This document shows positions 28,165 through 37,944 of a DNA stretch of 64,000 bases, piece by piece. Position numbers and translations under genes: made by a program. A model generated the notes under the pieces. It searched no databases. It had not been told where the DNA came from and saw nothing but the letters and a program-made list of their open reading frames with translations. The stretch spans positions 16,535 through 80,534 of the forward strand of contig CAZRXU010000001.1 in assembly GCA_964604135.1 (NCBI GenBank). The letters are read 5' to 3'. Positions within the stretch are counted from its first letter, which is position 1. The number at the start of each line of letters is the position of its first letter. This DNA is from an uncultured bacterium (GTDB lineage: Bacteria > Fermentibacterota > Fermentibacteria > Fermentibacterales > JCC-6).

Positions 28165-28221
28165 TTACAAACTACCTGCAGGGCAAAAACACGGCTCTCG
28201 CACTTTCCGAACTGTCTCCAT
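28165..28221 (-). CDS. 18-aa small ORF METVRKVREPCFCPAGSL (candidate leader/precursor peptide)
   Basis: GGAGGTG Shine-Dalgarno 4 nt before ATG; stops 40 nt upstream of the astacin start; below the ORF-track length cut-off. Confidence 0.5.
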   Translation of the reverse strand: METVRKVREPCFCPAGSL

Positions 28222-28641
28222 CTATCACCTCCATTCGAGTCAATAACAGTTCTTCTCTGGTATCAATTTCCAAGAATAGTTAAATCACAGTATATAGTAT
28301 ATTGAAAGCTGCTAAAATGCCTAATCACAGACATAAAATATACAATTATTCCGGCGAAATAACATATTACCATAAAAGAGACTCATAATACGAGTAACCT
28401 CCAAGTTGCTATGAAATTCAACACAAAAATACCAGGAGTGTATCTGACAATCAGTACTGTGCAGTTACGCCACAGGATTGAATAAGAAATCGTCCGGATT
28501 TGAAGAGAGAGTAACAGATGCAACAGTGGGGACATACTGAGGAATAATACGAAATAGCAACGTAATATGATGATATACGATATTGAAGCCGATTATGTAA
28601 CTGCAAATACCAGTACTTCAGCTTCCAATGTACGTTAGATA

Positions 28642-29691
28642 TCAGATGTGCCCGGACTCAAGGAGTTTTTCGAAGCCCGTGAAAACCATTTCCGGTGTAA
28701 TGCCAAAGGTGTTGTCTTCGTATTTTTCAAGACTGCTTGCAAGATAGATGTGTTGGGGCATATGCCAGGCAACCCATTTCAAGGGGTTGGTTCCAGGGCC
28801 GAATACGGTTACGGTAGGTGTTCCCACTGCAACTGCCAGGTGGTGAACACCTCCGTTGTTTCCAATGTAGACCCTGGCGTGTTTAAGCATGGCAGCTGCT
28901 TCATTGAAAGTTGTGGGAGGAGTTATCAACGGCCTGCTTTTCATCATAGAGGCCATGTGTTCAACCTTTTTCTTTTCTCCTGGTCCCCAGAGCAGAACAA
29001 CGGTAAACCCTTGCTTTTCAATAAGCATATCTGCGACAGCTGCGAAACTGCCGAAGTTCCACTGCCTGCTTCTGATTGGAGTTACAGGAGAGAACACGGC
29101 AATGCCTTTGTCAGATATACTCTTTTTATTAAGCCAGTTCTGTATTCTGTTTTCAGACTCTGGAAGCACGTGAATGTATGTGTTGTGCGGGATCTCCTGT
29201 ATTCCAAGGGGGTGCAGCAACCCGAACTTTGCTCTGGCAGAATAGATGTTGTGGTCTTTTAACTCACGGTAGTTGTAAACCCAGTTGTGTCCCTTGAACC
29301 AGCTCCATTTCTTTGTTTTGTGCCAGCCGATACGAATTCCAGCACCACTGAACAAGGTGATCTCGGCAGCACCCGGGCCGCGAGCCTGGTCTATTACAAC
29401 ATCGTAGTGCTGTCTGCGGATATTTGAGATAAGATGGAATCTGTCAATTGTGTAAGCCAGTGTTCCAGTCTTGAGCTTGTTCATCACAACAATGTTGTCA
29501 ACACAGGCATTGTTCTCAAGTATGGTTGCGTAGGGTTTTTGAACCAGATAATCAATAACAGCATCAGGGAAAGCCGCTCTCAGCGCAGGAAGGTAGCCTG
29601 TGTTAAGAAGAACATCTCCGAACGGTTTGTACTGAATAATCAGTATCTTGCTTATCTTCAGCAATCTGCAATGAGGAATGAGTTTGTTCAC
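28642..29691 (-). CDS. Glycosyltransferase family 9 (LPS heptosyltransferase-like)
   Basis: KILIIQYKPFGDVLL, YIGNNGGVHHLAVAVGTPTVTVFGP. Confidence 0.9.
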   Translation of the reverse strand: MNKLIPHCRLLKISKILIIQYKPFGDVLLNTGYLPALRAAFPDAVIDYLVQKPYATILENNACVDNIVVMNKLKTGTLAYTIDRFHLISNIRRQHYDVVIDQARGPGAAEITLFSGAGIRIGWHKTKKWSWFKGHNWVYNYRELKDHNIYSARAKFGLLHPLGIQEIPHNTYIHVLPESENRIQNWLNKKSISDKGIAVFSPVTPIRSRQWNFGSFAAVADMLIEKQGFTVVLLWGPGEKKKVEHMASMMKSRPLITPPTTFNEAAAMLKHARVYIGNNGGVHHLAVAVGTPTVTVFGPGTNPLKWVAWHMPQHIYLASSLEKYEDNTFGITPEMVFTGFEKLLESGHI

Positions 29692-30083
29692 TTGAGATTC
29701 AGTCCGTAATTTGTGTACTGCTTTTCTTCCACAACACGGGACTTGTACCGGGTGTTTATCTGCTTTTTCAGTGCAGCCCGTCTGTCGTTGTCGAAGTAAA
29801 CATTTCTTGCAAGTGCAATGAATTTTGCATCAAACCGCTTCTCTGCTTCAAGTCTCCGTATGTTGTCTTCTGTTTCCCATATACGCAGGTTTATTTTCTT
29901 TAATTCCAGAAAAACATCCGAGCGATTTGACAGATTGAGTTCTTTCATGTTCTCCAGCAGAAGGCTGTATTCCACCTGCACGTTGGCCAGCTTTTCTGAA
30001 TCCACTATTTTTTCAAGTTTTATTTCAAGAATAGTAATTTTGTCTACCAGTTCTCCCACGGAAACCTCTATTTTCATCTGCAT
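29688..30083 (-). CDS. DUF6165-like protein
   Basis: VSVGELVDKITILEIK..LRIWETEDNIR..FIALARNVY..NDRRA..IN..EEK. Confidence 0.75.
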   Translation of the reverse strand: MQMKIEVSVGELVDKITILEIKLEKIVDSEKLANVQVEYSLLLENMKELNLSNRSDVFLELKKINLRIWETEDNIRRLEAEKRFDAKFIALARNVYFDNDRRAALKKQINTRYKSRVVEEKQYTNYGLNLK

Positions 30084-30158
30084 TTCTCCAGTGCGTACAT
30101 GTTAATAAAGTATATCCCTGCAGGCAAATATAACACGGAGCAACAGGTGCTGCGTTTC

Positions 30159-30187
30159 TTGCAAAAACACGGGCATGTAGTTATAAT
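30159..30187 (+). promoter_or_regulatory. Sigma70-type promoter
   Basis: TTGCAA-N17-TATAAT upstream of 30257. Confidence 0.6.
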
Positions 30188-30256
30188 TCATGCTGGATCC
30201 CATGTCACTGTATTTTGTAACATTCTTTAACGCAATAAGATATACTGGAGCATCTG

Positions 30257-31015
30257 ATGAAGGCAGTCATTATAGCGGCAGGATCAGGCTCTCGTCTTGA
30301 GTCTCGGCACAATGGCATTCCAAAGACACTTCTGAAAATTGGGAAAGACAGAATAGTAGATATTATTCTTAGTTCCATACAACAGTCTGGAATTACGGAT
30401 GTGGTTGTGGTTACAGGCTATAAGGCGCAGATTCTGGAAGACCATCTTACCTCTTCAGCACCGGAATCTCTTAGTATTCAATTCTGCCGCAACCCGTTGT
30501 GGAATCTTTCAAACGGTGTTTCAGTTCTAGCTGCAGAACAGGCAGTAGAGCCTGGTGAAGAGTTTGTTCTTCTTATGAGCGATCACATATTTCAGCCTGA
30601 AATGCTGAAAATAACAGCTGATACACCTCTGGAACACAACAAGGCAGTTCTTGCCGTCGATTTTAAGCTAAACGAAATTCCGGATATCGATGACGGGATG
30701 AAGGTAAAATGTGAAATAGCTGATTCCGGCAGATACCGAATAACCAGTCTGGACAAAAAGTTCACCGACTACCAGGCAGTAGATTGCGGTATGTTTAAAC
30801 TCAACTATGGTTTTTTCGATGTACTGAAACAGTCTATTCACGATGGAAAAGATTCCCTCTCGGATGCCTGCAATGTGTATGCCCTGTTGGGTAACATGAT
30901 CGGTATCGATATAGGGGATCTGCGGTGGATTGACCTGGATACACCAGAGATGTTCGGCTTTAATGATCTAATAGACAGAATTACTGCCCATATGAGAGGC
31001 GACAGTATCCGGTGA
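30257..31015 (+). CDS. Phosphocholine/inositol-phosphate cytidylyltransferase-like NTP transferase
   Basis: AVIIAAGSGSRL..PK, NGVSV, LMSDH, VDCGMF, WIDLDT. Confidence 0.8.
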   Translation: MKAVIIAAGSGSRLESRHNGIPKTLLKIGKDRIVDIILSSIQQSGITDVVVVTGYKAQILEDHLTSSAPESLSIQFCRNPLWNLSNGVSVLAAEQAVEPGEEFVLLMSDHIFQPEMLKITADTPLEHNKAVLAVDFKLNEIPDIDDGMKVKCEIADSGRYRITSLDKKFTDYQAVDCGMFKLNYGFFDVLKQSIHDGKDSLSDACNVYALLGNMIGIDIGDLRWIDLDTPEMFGFNDLIDRITAHMRGDSIR

Positions 31016-32073
31016 ACACTTACTATTTCGCAAATCAAATCTACCAGTTGTCTTATGCGTGGCCGATATTCAACCGTATAGGCGGGGAGTTCATTGTAAG
31101 AAAGTACAAAACACTTCTTAAGTTCAAAAGATTCCTCAGAGGCAGCGTTAAGAGCGGCAGCGGTGCATTCCTTGGAACACCTGTAGTGAAGCGAAGGAAG
31201 CTTCGTTATGTTTCCGACTTAACAGGTGTTGTTCTTTCCCAATCCAATGCATGGGTGCGTAATGACACAGACAAGTCGAGAAGCATTTTCATTGGTCACG
31301 GCACAGGAGACAAGAAGTACGGGGGAAAGGCACACACACTTCTGAACTATCAGTATGTTTTTGTTTCCGGCCCCAAACACATGGAAAAGTTCAAAGACAG
31401 CGATCTGATATTTCCGGAAAGCAGTCTGGTGAAAATAGGGAATCTCAGGTTTGATGACTACGTAAATGGTAAACTGGACAAAAATGCAATCATGAACAGA
31501 ATGGGTGTTCCAGAAACAGACAGGGCAAGAAAAACTGTTCTGTATGCTCCTACATGGGAATGGGGCAACGGAACGCTCGAGAAGTATGCAAAACCATTCA
31601 TGAAGCAGATAACCCAAGAACACAACCTCATTATCAGACCACATCACTTCGATTCCCACAGGGTGCCAAAGTTGAAACTATGGGCAAAACTCAACGGAAT
31701 AAAAAGGGTTTACTTTTCCAATTCCAACAGAATTGCTGTTAGCGATACAATGCATGATTTTGCGGTGTCAGATATTCTTATCAGTGATACCTCTTCTGTG
31801 TTGTACGAGTATCTTATCACAGGGAAGCCAATAGTTATTGCAAACACAGATTTTTCAGGTCTGCACAACATGCCGGACACCATGAATGTAATGAAAATTG
31901 CAGACTTTTTTCGCGGTTCAGAGAAGATTCTGGATGTTGTAAACAGAAACCTGGCGTCAGACACTTCAAAGTATCTGGAAATGCTTCACAACTGCTTCTA
32001 TTTCAACGACGGAAAGTCGGTTGACAGGGCGGTGGAGTTTATAAACGGCGTAGCAGGTGAACTGAAACAATGA
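31012..32073 (+). CDS. CDP-glycerol glycerophosphotransferase family
   Basis: GHGTGDK, IGNLRFD, LYAPTW, RPH, ISDTSSVLYEY..GKPIV. Confidence 0.85.
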   Translation: MNTYYFANQIYQLSYAWPIFNRIGGEFIVRKYKTLLKFKRFLRGSVKSGSGAFLGTPVVKRRKLRYVSDLTGVVLSQSNAWVRNDTDKSRSIFIGHGTGDKKYGGKAHTLLNYQYVFVSGPKHMEKFKDSDLIFPESSLVKIGNLRFDDYVNGKLDKNAIMNRMGVPETDRARKTVLYAPTWEWGNGTLEKYAKPFMKQITQEHNLIIRPHHFDSHRVPKLKLWAKLNGIKRVYFSNSNRIAVSDTMHDFAVSDILISDTSSVLYEYLITGKPIVIANTDFSGLHNMPDTMNVMKIADFFRGSEKILDVVNRNLASDTSKYLEMLHNCFYFNDGKSVDRAVEFINGVAGELKQ

Positions 32074-33170
32074 AGAGGATTCTTTTTGATCTGAAGAAGC
32101 AGTATTACTTCAATTCACTTTACCCCCTTTACAGAGTTATGAAGCAGGATCCCCGGTACGATCTGTGGATCAGAGCGGGGAAAGACCAGCACCGGTTTCT
32201 AGGCATGTTTATGATTTCAAACAGGTCAAGAATTCAGGATGAACTTCGTTCCAGAGGGTTTCAGGTAACAGATAGAACCTCTGGGTTTGACGGGGTCGTC
32301 TGCGGAGATGCATTAAAGAAACCTGAAAAATACGGCGATGTTCCGAAGTTTCACCTCGACCACGGAGTGGGAATAAAAACACTTCGTATCAGAAACATTG
32401 TCAGACAGAAAAACGCAAGGTATCATGTTTTCCTTGAGGGGCAGTACTGGTACGATTACATAAGGAGTCTGGGGTACGAAAACAAAGCCGATTTTTATGT
32501 TACAGGTCTGCCGAAGCTCGATCCGTTTTTTCAGTCGGGTTACTACGACAATCAAGCGCTGATAACAAGGTTGGGGCTGGATCCAGGCAAAAAAACTGTA
32601 CTATTCGCACCATCGTACAAACCAAGCTGTATTGATCACATAGGAGGCAGCATTATAAAGCTGTTGCCGGAGTACAATCTGTTGGTTAAGCTTCATCCCT
32701 ATTCATGGGGAGGGAAGTATGCACCACATTCTCAGCATAGACTATATCAGGAACTGGCCGGGAAGCACAGAGAGGTGTTTCTTGTCCCATCTGAGGAATA
32801 CGATGTATATCCCTACCTGTTTCTTGCAGATACACTTATAAGTGACACTTCCAGTGTCGTAAACGAATTTCTTGCGCTGGGAAAACACGGTATTATCTAC
32901 CAGCTGCCTCAGGGTAACCCCAGGCATTCAGACGGTATGCCGGTTCTTTCAATAGCCCCTGAAGATTGGCTCAAGGATGCCTTCCCGCATGTATCCCGTC
33001 CTGATCAGCTTGAAGATGCAGTAGAGGCCGCTGTTTTTCCCACACATGCCATGAAGCAGAAACTTGAAGAATACAGGAGGTACTTCTTTACAGGGCTAGA
33101 TGGAAAGGCTTCCGAAAGGGTAAAACACTGTATAGATTCTGTTCTGCTGGAGAAGAGTCAGCATGCCTGA
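32070..33170 (+). CDS. CDP-glycerol glycerophosphotransferase family
   Basis: DHGVG, TGLPKLD, LFAPS, KLHP, ISDTSSVVNEF. Confidence 0.85.
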   Translation: MKRILFDLKKQYYFNSLYPLYRVMKQDPRYDLWIRAGKDQHRFLGMFMISNRSRIQDELRSRGFQVTDRTSGFDGVVCGDALKKPEKYGDVPKFHLDHGVGIKTLRIRNIVRQKNARYHVFLEGQYWYDYIRSLGYENKADFYVTGLPKLDPFFQSGYYDNQALITRLGLDPGKKTVLFAPSYKPSCIDHIGGSIIKLLPEYNLLVKLHPYSWGGKYAPHSQHRLYQELAGKHREVFLVPSEEYDVYPYLFLADTLISDTSSVVNEFLALGKHGIIYQLPQGNPRHSDGMPVLSIAPEDWLKDAFPHVSRPDQLEDAVEAAVFPTHAMKQKLEEYRRYFFTGLDGKASERVKHCIDSVLLEKSQHA

Positions 33171-34392
33171 AAACTACAAAATTGCCTACTGGCTAAGAAC
33201 AGATATCCAGCACTTCGCCCATGTTCAGCACATCTATGAAAACCTTGGCGGTGTGATACTAACAAAGAATCCAGATATTTACAGCTATCTCAGCGAGAAG
33301 TATCCTGAACTTGGAGATGATCTAGTTCTGGTAAAGAATTCAACAGAAGCAAAGAAACTGCTGAACCGGTTTGGCACAAAGATAGTGGTGTACACAGGTT
33401 TTCAGATGATTTTCTGGGGGTATTCTGTTCAGGTGTTTCACGGCTCATCCGACAAACACTACTTGCTGAACCACAGGAGGATTCTGCTTTACGACCTGCT
33501 TCTTCTTCCAGGAAACAGGCATATGGAGAGAATAGCAGGTGCATACAGACTGAAACATCCTGAAAAATTCAAAGTTGTAGGGTATCCCAAGTTTGACAAA
33601 CTGGTTAATGGAATCATTACAGAGAAGCCGCTTTTCGACAACGGAAGACCCACGATTCTGTATGCTCCTACCTGGATAACACAGGGTTCCGGCTCAAAGC
33701 TGAAGTTTTCAGAATACGGCGAGAGTTCGCTACCTTTGTGGGGAACAAAACTGATAAAGGCAATCGTACCCCGCTGGAACCTTATAATCAAGTACCACTC
33801 GCGTATATATGAAAGCCACAGGGAAATATACGACGGCATTAACAGTTGCATTGCAGACCTTAACGCCGGGGATCGCGTTAAAGTTGTAATTGACTCCAAT
33901 ATAACAGAGTATATGAACCAGGCTGATCTGATGATCTCCGATATATCGGCGGTGTGCTACGAGTGGTTCCACACAGGCAGACCAATCGTGTTTGCAAATC
34001 CTTCACCGGAACACTATCGACCTTCAGATGATCAGCTTTCAAACACTTACGCGTGGCAGGCCGGAGATGTTCTTTACGCTGAAGAAGACATAGTTCCGAT
34101 TTTGCAGCGAAACATTGCTTCAGACAGCCATGCCGATATTCGTAGGAAACTGCTTGAACACTCGTTCTACATGCCAGATGGTCACGCAGGTGACAGGCAA
34201 CTGGCAGAGATCGTTAAATTCTATGACAGTGTCGTAAGTTTTAGCAAACTGCGAATGGTGCTGCACAACATCGGTGTGTTTGCAAAGGACACTGTACGAC
34301 ACGCCAGGGAAAAACGGAACAGACCTGTTACTTCCGCCATCTCTGATGAAACCAGACCCACTGTTCCGGAGCATCAAGAATCCACCTGCTGA
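33163..34392 (+). CDS. CDP-glycerol glycerophosphotransferase family
   Basis: FHGSSDK, VGYPKFD, LYAPTW, KYH, ISDISAVCYEW..GRPIV. Confidence 0.85.
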   Translation: MPENYKIAYWLRTDIQHFAHVQHIYENLGGVILTKNPDIYSYLSEKYPELGDDLVLVKNSTEAKKLLNRFGTKIVVYTGFQMIFWGYSVQVFHGSSDKHYLLNHRRILLYDLLLLPGNRHMERIAGAYRLKHPEKFKVVGYPKFDKLVNGIITEKPLFDNGRPTILYAPTWITQGSGSKLKFSEYGESSLPLWGTKLIKAIVPRWNLIIKYHSRIYESHREIYDGINSCIADLNAGDRVKVVIDSNITEYMNQADLMISDISAVCYEWFHTGRPIVFANPSPEHYRPSDDQLSNTYAWQAGDVLYAEEDIVPILQRNIASDSHADIRRKLLEHSFYMPDGHAGDRQLAEIVKFYDSVVSFSKLRMVLHNIGVFAKDTVRHAREKRNRPVTSAISDETRPTVPEHQESTC

Positions 34393-35200
34393 TTTTGTCG
34401 TTGAGCTGTTTCAGTATGTCGGAAACGGAGTTATTTTCGTCAAAGAACACCGGTTTGTCGATTTCAAGAATATAGCTGCGGCTCTTTCTTCTTTTTATGT
34501 GCATTGTTACTACTGGAACCTTCAACCTTTTTGCAAGGATTGCCGGTGACACAGGTGTAGGTGCTTTGCGACCAAGAAACTCGGAAAGCTCACTGTCCAC
34601 CCCCCTGGTGCTCTGGTCGATAAGTATTCCCAGTGCATAGCCGCTGCGAAGCAGACGCACAATGGGGGAAGCACCTGCGTCTCTGTCCACCGTATGAATG
34701 CCCGGTTTCTGCCTGAGTTTATCCAGAACAGGGGAGGCCTGTTTTTGTGAAAGAGATCTTCCAACAACGGCGGTATTAAAACCCAGCAGTTTTATGGCTC
34801 TTGGAATAAGCTCCCAAGGGCCGAAATGGGCAGTTACCGCAATAACTCCTGTCCCCTGGGACATGGCTTCAACCATGTTTTCAGTACCATGAATTTCAAC
34901 CAGTTTTTTGAAAGTCGAATCGTTTCTGTAAGACAGATAGAAGAAGTCAAAGAAACTTGCCAGAACACTTGAGTATATTTCTGCGGCGCAGACGGTGATG
35001 CCATTATCCTTCATGACGCTGCGGGAGTGTTTTTCGATAATTTTGTTGGATGGCAGCGGCAGAATGGATAATATCCGCCCAAGAATGCGGGCATTTAGGT
35101 ATGACAGCCATCTGGGTATTACTGCAGCCCCAAGTATTACCAGCTTGAAAGCCGGAACGGTAAGGGCATGCCGAAGTGTCTTGAAGGGTAGTCTTTTCAT
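34328..35200 (-). CDS. Lipid A biosynthesis acyltransferase (LpxL/HtrB family)
   Basis: TAHFGPWE, GILIDQ, FLG, PEQWVWFHQRWR. Confidence 0.88.
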   Translation of the reverse strand: MKRLPFKTLRHALTVPAFKLVILGAAVIPRWLSYLNARILGRILSILPLPSNKIIEKHSRSVMKDNGITVCAAEIYSSVLASFFDFFYLSYRNDSTFKKLVEIHGTENMVEAMSQGTGVIAVTAHFGPWELIPRAIKLLGFNTAVVGRSLSQKQASPVLDKLRQKPGIHTVDRDAGASPIVRLLRSGYALGILIDQSTRGVDSELSEFLGRKAPTPVSPAILAKRLKVPVVTMHIKRRKSRSYILEIDKPVFFDENNSVSDILKQLNDKISRWILDAPEQWVWFHQRWRK

Positions 35201-35292
35201 AGTTGGTCGAGAATACGAGGTTTGAAGGTGAACTGTCAAGAAAGACAGCCATCTGATTATATTCCGCACTCACTGCGGCGGAAGGAAGAGAC

Positions 35293-37935
35293 GTGGCACA
35301 CAAGCTTATACTGGTAGATACGCTAAGCCTTCTTTACAGAGGCCATTATGCCATGATGAGAAAGCCTCTCAGAGGTTCCGATGGTACTGTTACAAGTGGT
35401 TTGAACTTCCTTCTCAACGAGCTTTACTCCCTTATAAATGCCAATCCCGACAGTTTGGTGGCTGCCGTCAGTGATGCCCCTGGCCCGTCTTTTCGCAAAC
35501 AGCTTTATCCGAAGTACAAGGCCAACAGGCCCCCTGCGCCTCCTGATCTTATAAAGCAGACTGAAATTGCCAGAGAGCTTATACCGCTTCTGGGTATTCC
35601 ATTTGTTGAACAAATGGGTCTCGAGGCTGACGATATCATCGCCGCCTATGCAGGGGAGGCGAGTGTTCCTGTTGTTGTTCTGTCACCGGACAAGGATCTT
35701 CTTCAGCTTGTAACCAGTAATGTATCTGTTCTTCGCCCGGGGAAATACGGTGGTTCTCCAACACTTGTTAAACACGGAGATGTTGCAGAAATAATTGGAG
35801 TTGATGCTGAATATGTGGCTGACTTTCTTGCTATTTCCGGAGACTCTGCAGACAACATACCGGGTGCCCGGGGAATAGGGCCCAAAGGTGCGGTGAAGCT
35901 AATTCGTCAGTTTGGTGGTGTCGAACAGATTTACGGCAGTGTCGCCGATGTAACGCCGGAATCGGTTCGCAAAAAACTTACAGATTCCAGAGAGATGGTA
36001 GAGCTGAGTTTGAAGCTTACCAAGTTGAATACTTCCCTCAGCGACGAGTTGAAACACAGAGATTTGCGTCTTACAGAGCCTGATCTGGAAAGAGCCCTGC
36101 CCATACTGCAGAAACTGGGGCTTTCAAAGGTGGCGGAGCAGATCAGTCACGGGGTATCCGGCTCTGGCGTGCAGGAACTATTTTCCTGCAGAGTAAACAT
36201 CATCGATGATCTCGATCGCCTGGATTTGCCTGGAGATGGGCCAGTGTGTATCGATACGGAAACAACATCAGCCGATCCCATGAGTGCAGAGCTTATTGGT
36301 TTCTCTGTTACTTCAGTGGAAACACAGAGCTGGTACCTTCACTTTGCAGATTCGCTGAACAGGGAACAGGTACTGAAGGATCTTGAAAAACTGTTAAATG
36401 CCAGGGGGTACATAGCTCAGAACGCCAAGTACGACAGCCATGTTCTAGGCAGATACGGAGTAACCCTTCCGGTTCCTGCAGATGACCCGTACCTGGCTGA
36501 CTACATCCTGAGACCAGAGGCAAGAAGCCACGGGCTGAAAAATATTGTTCCGGTCTGGCTTGGAAAAACAATGAAGACCTTCGATGAGGTTTCCGGGGGT
36601 ACCGGTTCTCTCACCGGTGTTCCTGTAGAAACTGTAGCCCGTTACTGCTGCGCAGACTCTGCGTCTACCATTGCACTGGCGCGCAGGATGTCGGTGGAGC
36701 TGTCAGGCGATCCGGAACTGGAAAAGCTATACCGGGAAGTGGAGCTTCCACTTTCGTCGGTTCTGGGAAATATGGAGAGCTTAGGTATAGGAATAGATAG
36801 AGATGCTCTTCGCCGTGAAGGAGAGCTGATAAGCAAAATGATATTTGAACTCATGGAAACTGCCTCTCAGCAGGCTGGGCGGCCTGTGAACCTTGCCAGC
36901 CCCGCCCGGGTGGCTTCTGTTATGTTCGATACTCTTGGTCTTACTCCTGTAAGAAAAACCGCTAAAGGAGCAAGATCAACCGGTATGACCGTGCTTTCCG
37001 CTTTGAGGAATGAACATCCGTTTGTTGAAACACTTATTGAATTCAGAGAGCTTTCAAAGCTTCTTAATACATATGTAGAGAAACTGCCAGGGTATGTAAA
37101 TCCTGTAACAGGGTTGATTCATACCAGTTTTAATCAGGCAGTTACAGCAACCGGCAGACTGAGTTCCAGCAACCCGAACCTGCAGAACATCCCAATCAGA
37201 ACCAGCAGGGGCAGAGAGATCAGAAAGTGTTTCATCCCTCCGGTGAAGGGTCATGTATTTGTATCGGCGGATTACTCGCAGATCGAACTTAGAATTCTGG
37301 CTCATCTTGCCGGAGAAGGCGTACTGCGCGGTGCATACAGAGAAAACGCAGATATTCATTCCAGAACGGCAGAGGCCGTTTTCGGCGATGCCTCTCCGGA
37401 TCACAGAAGGAAAGCCAAAGAGGTTAACTTCTCTATCATATACGGAATAAGTGCTTTTGGTCTTGCGCAGAGGCTGTCTATTTCCCGTGGAGAGGCAGCC
37501 GGTATTATTTCCAGATACTACGAAACCTATCCTGAGGTTGAGTCTTTTTACAGAAAAATGGTGGAGTATGCCGGAAGCAACGGGGAAATCAGAACGATCT
37601 TCGGCAGAAGACGGTTGTTCGGCGGAATAAATAACGCTTCAGGCAACGCAAGAAAACAGATGGAGAGAGCTGCGGTTAACACTGCTGTACAGGGTTCGGC
37701 AGCAGACATAATAAAGGTAGCAATGATCAGGGTAGAGAACCGCCTCAATAAGGAACTTCCAAAGGCAGGTCTGGTATTACAGGTGCATGATGAACTTGTT
37801 GTTTCCTGTCCTGAAGGGCAGAAGAATACAGCAGAGGAAATACTGAAACAGGAAATGCAGGGGGCAGTTCAGCTGCAGGTTCCTCTTACCGTTGAAACTG
37901 GATCCGGCTTCAACTGGCTTGAAGCTGGCCACTAA
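35293..37935 (+). CDS. polA: DNA polymerase I
   Basis: 5'-3' exo (YKANR, EADD, GDSADNIPG), IDTET exo I, TGRLSSSNPNLQNIP, DYSQIELR, QVHDEL. Confidence 0.98.
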   Translation: MAHKLILVDTLSLLYRGHYAMMRKPLRGSDGTVTSGLNFLLNELYSLINANPDSLVAAVSDAPGPSFRKQLYPKYKANRPPAPPDLIKQTEIARELIPLLGIPFVEQMGLEADDIIAAYAGEASVPVVVLSPDKDLLQLVTSNVSVLRPGKYGGSPTLVKHGDVAEIIGVDAEYVADFLAISGDSADNIPGARGIGPKGAVKLIRQFGGVEQIYGSVADVTPESVRKKLTDSREMVELSLKLTKLNTSLSDELKHRDLRLTEPDLERALPILQKLGLSKVAEQISHGVSGSGVQELFSCRVNIIDDLDRLDLPGDGPVCIDTETTSADPMSAELIGFSVTSVETQSWYLHFADSLNREQVLKDLEKLLNARGYIAQNAKYDSHVLGRYGVTLPVPADDPYLADYILRPEARSHGLKNIVPVWLGKTMKTFDEVSGGTGSLTGVPVETVARYCCADSASTIALARRMSVELSGDPELEKLYREVELPLSSVLGNMESLGIGIDRDALRREGELISKMIFELMETASQQAGRPVNLASPARVASVMFDTLGLTPVRKTAKGARSTGMTVLSALRNEHPFVETLIEFRELSKLLNTYVEKLPGYVNPVTGLIHTSFNQAVTATGRLSSSNPNLQNIPIRTSRGREIRKCFIPPVKGHVFVSADYSQIELRILAHLAGEGVLRGAYRENADIHSRTAEAVFGDASPDHRRKAKEVNFSIIYGISAFGLAQRLSISRGEAAGIISRYYETYPEVESFYRKMVEYAGSNGEIRTIFGRRRLFGGINNASGNARKQMERAAVNTAVQGSAADIIKVAMIRVENRLNKELPKAGLVLQVHDELVVSCPEGQKNTAEEILKQEMQGAVQLQVPLTVETGSGFNWLEAGH

Positions 37936-37944
37936 GGGAAAAAC

